A DNA stretch of 64,000 nt from Auanema rhodensis (taxonomy: Eukaryota > Animalia > Nematoda). The notes under the pieces are model-generated. The model saw only the letters and a list, made by a program, of their open reading frames with translations, did not search any database and was not told the origin of the DNA. The position numbers and the translations under genes were made by a program. The stretch's first letter is position 1. The number at the start of each line of letters is the position of its first letter. The DNA is taken from contig OZ059897.1 in assembly GCA_964057225.1 (NCBI GenBank), forward strand, positions 16,802,001 to 16,866,000, given 5' to 3'. This document shows, in pieces, positions 53,523 through 64,000 of the stretch.

Positions 53523-55222
53523 ATGGGTGATTCCACTCCTGCTGAGCCTGTGCATGTACAGGAACATGTGCAAGTTCCTGACCCAGGAAAGATTGCTTCG
53601 GAAACAAAGTATGTTGATCCTATTGATAAATATTCTGCATTAATCGTGAGAGTAAGTTTAACATGTCTATAATGTGATGTTACCCTAATTTATAGGGTAC
53701 TATTGTTGGCGTAGGAATGGCAGGAATTGCGCTTTTCTTGAGGAACTCTAGAATTGTTAGTTTTCCATCGGATTTAAAAGAAAGTGGAATAATAAATTTC
53801 AGTTTGCACGGTTTGAACATGTTAATCAAATTCCGAAAGACTTTATTCGAAAGGAGCTTGAACTGAAAGGGCGTGTAAGAGAGGTTGTTTTTTCCTCATA
53901 TATTTAGAATAGTGCTCACAACTATATTTCAGGTTTTACCGACTGGAGAACTTCGAGTAGAGCATGAGCCTATAATTAAACTACCATCTTTATTCCGTAA
54001 AAAACTGACTGATAAGGTGAATATATTTTAATTTAAAAATATAACTTAATGATTTGAATAAGATAAATGTTTTGCGAAAAAAGAAAGACAATACAGGAAA
54101 AATAAAAAAGAAAAGTTATGTGAATTGAAATATAAAACCTCACAGAGTGGGTTACTAAATATTCGTCTTGCTGGTGTTGATATGTCTAAAGCTGGACAGC
54201 AATATATCTCCAAAGATTTACGCTTGACAAATAAGCCTGTTACTTTCACTGTCATCAAGGTTTGCCGAAATCAGTTTGTTGATTATATTTTTCCCTTTTC
54301 AGGGAAGTGATGATTCTCCTAATGCTGTTGAGTGTGATGTTACTGTGAAAAGAGTAAGGAAATCCTACTTATCTTCAAATGTTGGGTTGTTCTTTAGAAC
54401 TTTGTTACTAGGACTAATCTGAACATTGAATTAATTCGGAAAGGTTATGGCCGTGTTCCTGCTCCTGATCATTCTCGTCATTTAAAGGCATTGCAATCTG
54501 TGCCTGCCTATTCTCGACTTGTTAGTCGTCTCTTGATGAGTGAAAAGGTTCTTATTCTTTTTAATTTTATATATTATACTTTCTATCTTTCTTTTTTATA
54601 ATTCATTAATTATTTACTACATGTTTGTATATATCTATATATATCTATATATATATCTATATCTATATACATATATATATATATATATAAACATGTAGTA
54701 AATAATAAAGTGAATTTCGGATAATTACGATGCGTTTATTTTGTATCTTATTTTATCTTTTATTTTTCAATTTATGTTATCTACAGTTATTATATTCCTA
54801 ATACTTATATCAATAACTTCTAGGTCGCTGATAGAAGAGGTGTTGGTGTTTGGGAGAGAGATACATGGGTTGAGTCTGTACAATCTTACCCTTCTCAAGT
54901 GGGACAGATGATTCGCGCTACTCCAGCAGCGAAAGCATTGGTGTGTTTATTTTTGTAAATGACCTTTTCCTCTTCATTTTTCTCATTTTCTCAATTCATT
55001 ATTATCTTTTGTGGTCCTGGATAATGATTCTGCTGTTTCCAGGCCCTCTTATTTAATGTTACTCGTGATGTTATTCTCTATGGAGTCAAGATAACGCAGC
55101 AAACTTATGCTGTTCTTGTTGCGATCTGCAGTAATATTGCAGGAGGATATCGCAAGTTTGCAGTTGGTGTGGACCGCCTAACTGATAAATATAATAAAAT
55201 TAGGCAAAGAATCAAGCCTTAA
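53523..55222 (+). CDS. C3orf33-like protein (TM segment plus SNase-like fold)
   Basis: MGDSTPAE... then TM, FARFEHVNQIPKDFIRKELELKGRVRE, LRVEHEPII, LNIRLAGVD, NLNIELIRKGYG, LLMSEKVADRRGVGVWE; TAA at 55220-55222. Confidence 0.75.
54600..54716. repeat. Inverted repeat enclosing a (TA)n/(TATC) microsatellite
   Basis: ATTATTTACTACATGTTT (54609-54626) is the exact reverse complement of AAACATGTAGTAAATAAT (54689-54706); outer AATTCA/TGAATT arms extend it. Confidence 0.9.
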
Positions 55223-55746
55223 GCGAAACCGGTTAGTTTCTGTTTTTATTTTATATTTATTTATACAGTTATTCGCATTTTCAGGTTTTTTTGGCTCACT
55301 ATGATGCTCTAGGTGAACTTTGTTGTACATGTTGAAGTATCCTACTTTATCAATGAGTCGAGAATTTTGTTACTTAGTTTCGCTAAAAAGACCACTGAGT
55401 AGTAGTTGTCTCTATACATTGATTCCCCACTTTGGATGCATTCACCACCCCGGTAGATTGTTATATTTTAATGCCATTTATGTCTAGATTTAAATCTTTA
55501 TATATTACGTTCATAGATCAGGTAATTATAGTATAAGTAGTTCAGATTAAAAGGGTAGTTTTAATCTTATTTTTACTTGTTGCTGTTTTAAACAGTATAA
55601 TACTTAATTTGTTATGCTTTGTTATTGTTTACCTATACTTGCAGGGTTGAGACATATTCATACACAATGCATTTTTTGAAATCTAACAAATTTTTGTGAT
55701 CGAGGTGAAACTGTAAATTCAATTTAAAAATCTACGCAAGAAAACA

Positions 55747-58700
55747 ATGAATAATAACTGGTACCTTGACTCACCTTCTCAAAGTGACAATATTAATTCT
55801 GTCAATGAATCGTTACCTGTAAACTCTGAAATTGTCTCCGAAACAGATGGCATCACTAGGTAAAAGTGTTCAGGCAAGATCTCAGTGACAGTAAACACGT
55901 TTTAGACTTTCTGTGGGTAGACAAGTCAATGATGGAGGACCTCATGTTTTGCAACGTGCTCATAAGCCTCCATGCTTGCTGAAAGACGGCAAAATGGTTT
56001 GTCTTTTTGTTCTCATTTTCGAAAATTCAGCTTTTTTTCAAGTGGATATATTGAGGCGCAACATACTCCTCGAAACGAGGGAGGGTTTGTGTTGGATATT
56101 GGCATATGCTTGAATACTCATATTCAAACATGTTAACGAAGCTCAAATGATATATAGCCAATGCACTGATATGAAAGAGATATGAGAAAATAGCATATTC
56201 GACTCTGCTTATATAAAAATTAAATCAGAATTCATCTTTAAATTAGTTGAATTCATGCCTCGTGAAAGGGCTTTCTCACTAGAATCATTTTAAAATTTAA
56301 TTTGAAAGTCTTTTTCCGTGTTTCTTTCATTGCATTCTCCATGGCAATATTATTGATGTTATTATGAAATAGTACACAAGTCTATTGAAAATTTCCAGAT
56401 TGTCTTATATTTCTTATCTCTGTCTTCTTCATTTTAGCTCTAAGAGAGCTATATAGAAAACATTGTCTCTCATTCTATGTGATGTAAGAAATGTGTTACC
56501 CCTGTGCGCGCCATTAGTTCAGGCCCCGCCCCGAAAACGAATCTTTCGCTCATCTGACACCTCTTTGGACGGACATATTCTATTTGCCCTCTGGGTACAT
56601 TGACTTTTATTCTATTTTAAAGTTGATCAAGCTTCTTTATATGGCATCAGAGAAATGTTTCCTCTACTATTTATGCTTCTTGTTACTGAAATAAGTGACG
56701 TTTAATCCGACGTAGCCAAGATCGCTACGCGAAGCTAGTTTCCTCTATAGCTAATCCCTCTATTATTGATTGGCCCTGGATATTTATTCTTTTTGTGAAT
56801 TCTATTATATATCACATATTCTATATTTTATCATTATTCTTATGTCCGATCACCTCAATCAGCCGTCTGTTTCAAACGGCAGATGGGGAACTATTTCATT
56901 GAGTCCCCGGATGCGACGGCTTGCATTACAACTGCCATCTATAAAGATCTCTATGGATCCTTCAAGCCCACCATCCATCAGTCCTTCGCATAGATCGGAC
57001 CTTTTAACTATGAACTATCTGCAAGTTCCCGGAATTGATAATGATGACATTGATGGCTTACGCTTAGCTTCACCCCCACCCGACAGGAGAGGTAGTTTCG
57101 CTTCAACGGTTAGCGACACTAGTTCAGCTACTATTCCAATGAGCTCTAGTTATCAAAATCTTCTCTCTCCTATGTGGACTTGCATGAAACATTACAACGA
57201 CGATATTGAAACAATTCCGAATGAGCTTGTTAGAAGGCCCCGCAGTGCTCAGGTAACCTAATCCTATAAAATGGAAGAACGGGGGATTAGAATTAGAATT
57301 TGTATTATATTATATTCGTCATTCTTTTATTCTTTTTTTTGCGTAAACTCAAGAATATTATATTTATATGAATGAATAGCAATTCTGTTTTCGCCTGGCG
57401 TTCAAAACAGTTTACTTGCCGTAGTATTGTTGGATTGAAATGCGAATATTTCTATTTGATTATATGGCGTTTCGGATTTAGTTTGGGATGGTTTTATCTG
57501 GTTTCGTTATTTCCAACATTTTTGATTAGTTTTCGTTGTTAGAGATGGCTGCCGAGATTGATTCCTTTCTATAGAAAACTTATTCTTGTTTGGATATTTC
57601 AGCATATCTTGTTCAAAACCAAGTACTCTTGAGACTAATAGAGTTGTTGTCTCAATATGTTAGGTGAAATATTTGAAAAAAAAAAGAAAGTTAAAACCAG
57701 GGAAGGACGGAATAATTCGTAAAACTTATTTCAATTGTTTCTCAAAATTAATAGATTCTAAATTCATTTTAATTTCCTTTTTAGGGTATTGGTAATGAAT
57801 CAATCTGCGTGCCTCCTGTTCTTTTGTCTCCGGTCTTATCACGGCCTATTCGTTCTCATTCTGCGGCTTCCAGCCCACTTCCAATAAAGCACCAGGTTTG
57901 TTTTCCCAAGAGTTTTTCTAATTCAATCAGGATTTAAAATGAAATCTTGGTATTCTATTATATATATCCGTATTAAGGGATCCGATTCTGAAAGTGATCA
58001 TGGGACCCCTTGGCGTCCGTCTGCTTCGGGAATGGCAAGGAGAAGTTTAGCTAGTAGTTTAGCATCGGGAAACAGTGGAGGAAAAGAACCTTCTCGACCT
58101 AACACACCTACTCTTTCACCTATTCTCAACCGTTCAGCAAGTGGAAGCAGATTAGCAGCAGCATTTCAAGGTAATTAAATTTTACTTTAAAGGTGTTAAC
58201 ATTTACTATATTTTTCCAATTTTAGGACTTCGAACTGGTTCAGGAAATGGTCTCGTATCCGGGAGAAGTGCGTGTTTATCGAGAACGGAGTCAATGTCTG
58301 ATCAAGACCGTCAACGTAAAAAACGGAATAGACGTAGAACAATGGTTCATGGTTAGTTTCTTTAAACTTACTTCAAGAACCGACTACCAAACATAGCTCT
58401 AAAAAAATGTTGTGTACATAAACTATACATAAAAAATATCTATATCCAAAAAAAAATCTTTGTTTTGCATCTTCCTTATATTTGCCATTTTCTTGCCTCG
58501 GTAATCTCGTTTTGGACTTTAAGCCTTCTAGCTTAGTAGAATAAAATTTCAAAATATATTAACCATTTACCACGTGTCTTGTTTATTTCGCTGCCTTATT
58601 TTCTTGCTAGGACTTGCTTATAATGTGATTGATTCCTTGATTTTGATTTGTTTTTTCTTCTATAAATTTAAGAAAATAGGTACTGTTGGTTTCGGGGTAC

Positions 58701-61700
58701 TTGACAATAGTTTGAGAGGAGCCCAGCGCCGAATCGTTCGTTTCAAGCGTCATAGCTCATCTGTACCTAAAGCCACTTCTGTGAGCAATGGTCTTTGAAA
58801 ATAGATTTTTCACTCTTTTACTCCTCGTTGAACATCTTTTCTTTGCTATATTTCACAATTTTCATGATTGGCTTACGCTCACTGCTGCTCACTGACGTTG
58901 CCTTTTTGTTTTAATATTTTTTGTTTTTTTTTGTGTGCATGTTTTGGTCTTAGGCGAGGGATTTGAAAATCTCATATCTAAATGTATGTACAGTTAGTAA
59001 AATACTTTGACTCACTAAAAGAAGCGAAAGTATATGAAGGCCGTTTTCCTTTCTATTTTCCACTTTCTACAATTGTGAGTTTTCATTTTCAATGAAAAGA
59101 AAAAATATGGAGCTGAGATCCCTGTTTTTCTGAAGTTTTCTTGAAACTTTTTAGTTATCGCTAACTACAGATGTAAATTGGAGAATATTTCTGTTCATCT
59201 CTTCTCATTTAACAACAAAATCGCCCATAGAAAAACCACGTTGTGTAGCCAATTTTTCAATATCACGCTTCCTAACTATCCTTTATTGCCTCATATGAAA
59301 ATATTTTTCAATTTTTCTGTGAAAAATTTATTGTTTTACTAATATTTTCTCGCTTATTCTAGTCCAACAGGCGCTCTCTAGAAGATATTTATCATAAGAA
59401 TGTTGATTTTTACGAATCATCGTTTGTTAGTTATTGTGCTTTTCTTATTCTTTCAACCTTTGTGAATTCCCACTGTTTCTCTAACTTCTCAATGATTTAG
59501 TAAATTGATTGATTATGAACTGACTAGTTAGTTAAGAAACAAAGAAAGCCAGGTGCACTCCTGTTGAATTCAATCTGAATTTTTGCTGAACATTTCCTTT
59601 TTACATTTTTCTGTTATCTAATAACTTCAAAAACATCCCTCCATGTTAAAAAGAAAATTCAGAAAAGAATAACTTTGTTCAAAGTTGTCATTTTTGCTCC
59701 AGATGATCACATCTCTAGACTAATTATGTTTCTAAGCAGTGTCCTCATTTGGCATAGCTCCATCTTGTTGTTTCTCATACTCCGTTATTCTCTATCTATT
59801 CTCATCTAGTCTTTGCGCCCTCTTCCTATCATCTTCTATCTCATTCTCCCGGCTCCACACTCCAAATGAGGGTCGCTTCACTTCTTTCCAATGTATAACT
59901 CATATGAGTTTCAGTTGGTCCCGACAAGTCATTAAGGTTTCATTACATATGATATATTAACAGCATTTTCTGTTTTGTTTTTGTTGTCATGCAACCTAAA
60001 GATATAGCACTAAAGTTTCTTCTTTTTTTTTTATTCTTTGATGTCTTGAAACATTTTATCTACATGCTTTCTAATATTATTTTGTTATTCTCTCAGACAT
60101 GTCGAAGTTCTTTGGGTTCTATTCAAAACTAATAGTTTTCACATTGAAAATGTGGCCATTTTATATAAAAGTATTTCGTTCTAATTTTGCTACTATAACT
60201 TTTTACACATATAATGAAAAAAATTATTTTTTATTTCAAAAATTGTTTTCTGAGTTTGCTTTCTCTAATCTTCTATTTTCTTGCAAGAAATATAATAATT
60301 ATTTATTTTCTCTTTTACTAAATCTCCATATCGTCATATCTTCCTTTGGGACTGGAAATGTCTGCCAATTCTGGTGTAGTCGATATCTAATTGCATTTTG
60401 AGAGGCTAGAAAGAATCGAGAACGCCGGATGTGGCTCAGCTTGGTCCCATGTATGCTGCTATTGGTAAATGTATCTTGTGCATTGACTTATTATGCTATA
60501 CATGAACAATGTTTTGAACATTGATTGTCTCTTTTTTTCTCAATGCATCGTTTCCGTTTTAAAATATAATTAATTATTATCCTGAATAGCTTGTGTCTTG
60601 ACTTTATAAAGCTTCAATGCCAAAATATTATTTGGTAATGCATTGGATGTTATAGCCGCTTTTTTCACATAGCTCCTTTCTTAATTGCCTTTTCTCTTGG
60701 TTCTCTTCAACTCTTTTTCTATTTATATTTTTTGTTGGATCTTTCAAGTTCCATTTGATCTACAATTCGCTGTATTCATCGGCTATTTTCGCTCTTTGAT
60801 ATCTTATTTAGTTGTTGCTGTAGTAGTAAATTTTAGTACCTGATCTTAATCGGAAGATGCTGTGTAAGCGATCTTCCGATTCAATAAGAATCCAGGGTGC
60901 ATCTAAACGACGTTCTCTAGCAGAAAGTTGGACAGATATACCATGGAGACATCGATCCATGAGTACAAAACTGCTAACTTTGTCTGCATCTTTCAAAAAA
61001 AGTAAGTTTCATTTATGGTTTACCGCATACACTATTGAAAACCAAAAGTGTATTAGATAGTTGTTGCTCTGTGTAAATAAGGTTTTTCTGATAGCTCACC
61101 TTTTCCGTATGATCTCTCTGCTCATCTTTCTTTTACATTCTCTCTAATCATTGCACTTCTCATTTTTTAAAGTATCTGTATGACTCATTAGCCTTCTTCA
61201 TTGAGATATTTATTATTGATAAAGGTTCTTTTTAGAGAACAAATATTTTAAAATTATCATCTTTGAATAAAAAAATTGTGAAAGACGTAGGCGTGATTAG
61301 TAAGATACGATAATAATAGTTTCAATTTCAATCTTGCCTATAAGGGAATAACAAGTATTCAAACTTGCAGTTTATGTCAAAATATTCTGGAAAGATGGTA
61401 AATAGTTATTTTTCGTCTTTTCGCATATTAAAAACTAGAATTTTTTTTCTAAAATTACTTCAACTGACCTTTTCATAGTTACGAGTAAGAATAAAACTGC
61501 TTACTTTGAGGAGAGTTTTGATATTTTATGACATTTTTTTAGGTATGTTCAGTGAGTCTTCCATGGATAGTAATCTTAGCTCGTCATCTAATAACTTATT
61601 ACGTCTACGTGCTTCTTTAGGCCATTCAGACCCGCAAATTTCTGCTAGTTCATCCCATGTACCTTCTCCAAGATCAACGGTTAGTTTTTCTTATATTTCT

Positions 61701-64000
61701 TTATTTTTGTTTTGCTTGATATATTTGATTGTTTCCTCATATTTTTTCCCGAAGGTGTCTGTTCTGTATCAGACATTTATCTTAATTTTCGAACATTTTT
61801 CTATCTTTACACTGCTCGTTTTATTTTATATTCAATTCAAGATAACGCTTGAGAAAAGAAAGCGGTTTTGGGAAGAATCAAAAAGGAAGCAATACGAACA
61901 AAAGTTTCATTTCCTTTTAAAACTATGAAAATAGGCGATAAGAAGGAGGGATTCAAAAACATCATGAATGTTGTCTTCCATTCAAATTGCTTGTGTAGAG
62001 AGAGGGGAGCTTTGTTTATCGAAATAAAGTTTTTTCTTTTTATTCACCAAATTTCGAAATTTCTATGCCATTTGCTCAATGCGTGCTCTGCTACCATGGG
62101 CTGTCGTGAATCGCGGGAAATTCTGTAGCGCACGCTTTTGTTTCCTCTTTCTCATCTAGATCTCCATTTCATTTCGTTTTCCATATATAAAAGAGAAAAA
62201 GAATTTTAGTTATGGAAACTAGCATCTGGATTGGGGAAACGGGTCCCCCAAAAGATTAGCTTAATTGATTAACACGAGCCTTTAGTAAGTGGCTCTCGGC
62301 ACCCTGAGGGGGCGGAGCTAACATAAGGCTTTGCCAGCACCATTCATCTACTCAATACGGCAGCAGCACCTGCTTTCCAGTCGTGCATGAATATTCTTCT
62401 CTCGGTCGATTGTATTGATTCCTGGATTACATTCTGGATAAATATTCACGCGAACAGCTCATACATAACCTCATATTGGAAATAACCTGCATAATTTCCG
62501 ATAGTTATTTGTTCTTTTATTTTCATCGTCGTATATATCATTTATTATCGACTTTCTGAGCTTGCTATAATATGGACCAGAAGCAGAGAAGATCTAGAAG
62601 ATGCTCTCTACCACTTTTACCCGCTCTTTCTTCGAGTTTTGCTTCAACTTCTCATCATGGAATTCCTGCCAACACATCCACTTTGGCACGACCAGTGCAG
62701 GTTGTTTGGAGACGACGACCGCGTTATTCTATATGTGCTGCTTCTGAAAATTTAGTAGTGCCTACTATTTCCACAAATCGAGAACATATGAAACGCAGAA
62801 GCCCTTCACGAAACCGTCGGGTCGGGCTATCCTTTGGGCATTATTCTCCACCTATATTAACAACTTCACAGTCATTCTTTCCTCCAAATGAAGAAGGCCG
62901 ACCTCGTAGCGCCATGTTGTATCAGGCGGTAGGTTTATTTGTTTGCTACAATTTAGAAATTAGTGGTGCCATGTTGTAATTGTAATCAATGGCATATTAA
63001 ATGTTACATTTTGACTCAGAAGTATTATTTCATAAAATTTTATTGTCGTTCTTTGCAAAAGCTATTGTAAGAACCAGTCAGAGTAAAAGTACCTGTCACA
63101 TCAAGATGTTTATTGATTGAATAATTTAGTGTGCTTGCCATAACTCTTTTTTTCTTTGTCTCAGTTACAAATTGATTCTTTTAAATCTCAATTTTTATTA
63201 TAAAGAATTAGTCTTCTGAGAACTATGATTGTGCCAGTGGATTAACTTCATTTGATGGTATTATATGCTCTCTGATCAACTCATGAAGCACTCATTTTGG
63301 CTTTACTATTCATTATTTTGTAGTATGTTGCACAGCTTTTTGTGAAAGACGTTGCATTCTAATCTTTTCAGCATTAATGTTAGGCTTCGAGGGGTGTAGT
63401 TGGCGCGTTCAGCTTGCGCGTAAAGCAAAATATGAAAAACAACCGTTCTTCATAATATCCGATTCGAAAATGAAACGTATCCTGCTACAAATATGTCTAA
63501 TTAGCATGTAATTGACGCTTAAATTTTTGAAAAGCTATACTAGTTCGATCTGGTTGAAAATTTCAATTGATAAAAAGAGATTGTGATCTCTACTTGTAGA
63601 AGTACATAGTAGTTTGACAAAGACATTTTTAGCTAACTAGGCTTTCTAGATATTGATCAAATTGTTGCATGTGCTGAGTCTAAGCCCGAGTCTATTTTGA
63701 ACTATTGCTTGCCCAAGGGCAGAAAAGAAAAGTTATTAATTTTTCTAAGTTCTTTCATCCTTTTGGTTAGCTTCAGTAGACTAATGGTCCTGCTTATAAG
63801 CTTATTTCTCTAGAGGCCCTGAATGCTATCACTCAGTTCCATAAAATTGTTATTTCTTTTATGTTTAAGTTTTTGCCTAAAAATTTAACCCCCTTATTTT
63901 AATGATAGTTTTTATGTTGTGTCCATGACTATATCATTAATGGCGAATAGGCTTAGAACATAAAACCTAAAAATGTAATTATTAAAATTTTAACCGACTT
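55747..64000 (+). CDS. kin-4: 5' portion of a MAST-family Ser/Thr kinase; kinase domain lies beyond the window
   Basis: Ser/Pro/Arg-rich exons at 57785, 57978, 58226 and 61543; NNLLRLRASLGHSDPQI resembles the MAST N-terminal NLVRMR...LGQSAP motif; several phase-compatible first exons. No kinase domain is visible, so the call is inferred. Confidence 0.6.

Noticed and set aside
1-64000. Prokaryotic features (CRISPR, IS elements), rRNA or tRNA
   Set aside because: The sequence is intron-rich nematode nuclear DNA; I recognised no repeat-spacer array, rRNA or tRNA by eye.

Overview
AT-rich eukaryotic genomic DNA from a rhabditid (clade V) nematode. Evidence: mostly ~40-55 nt GT-AG introns, TTTCAG/TTTTAG acceptors just before start codons (trans-splice-like), and recognisable C. 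elegans orthologues. The ORF track shows only exon fragments, so I assembled the gene models by hand and internal exon boundaries are approximate. Left to right: bpl-1 (biotin protein ligase, runs off the left edge), WDR3/UTP12 and glycogen branching enzyme, which together look like a three-gene operon; cpna-1; efl-3 (E2F7/8-like); rpl-37; a papain-family protease with unusual N- and C-terminal additions; an HSPBP1-like gene; an NPAX gene; a probable decayed BEL/Pao retrotransposon; an amino-acid transporter; a small single-exon neuropeptide-like precursor; cnep-1; a C3orf33-like gene; and the 5' part of a MAST kinase (kin-4-like) with several alternative first exons. I recognised no rRNA, tRNA or CRISPR. 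The best leads are the Cys-loop peptide precursor (50824-51021), the extended cathepsin, E2F motif clusters around efl-3, the operon with uORF-containing leaders, and a Fox/SUP-12-type microexon in kin-4. All orthology calls come from recalled motifs, not database searches.
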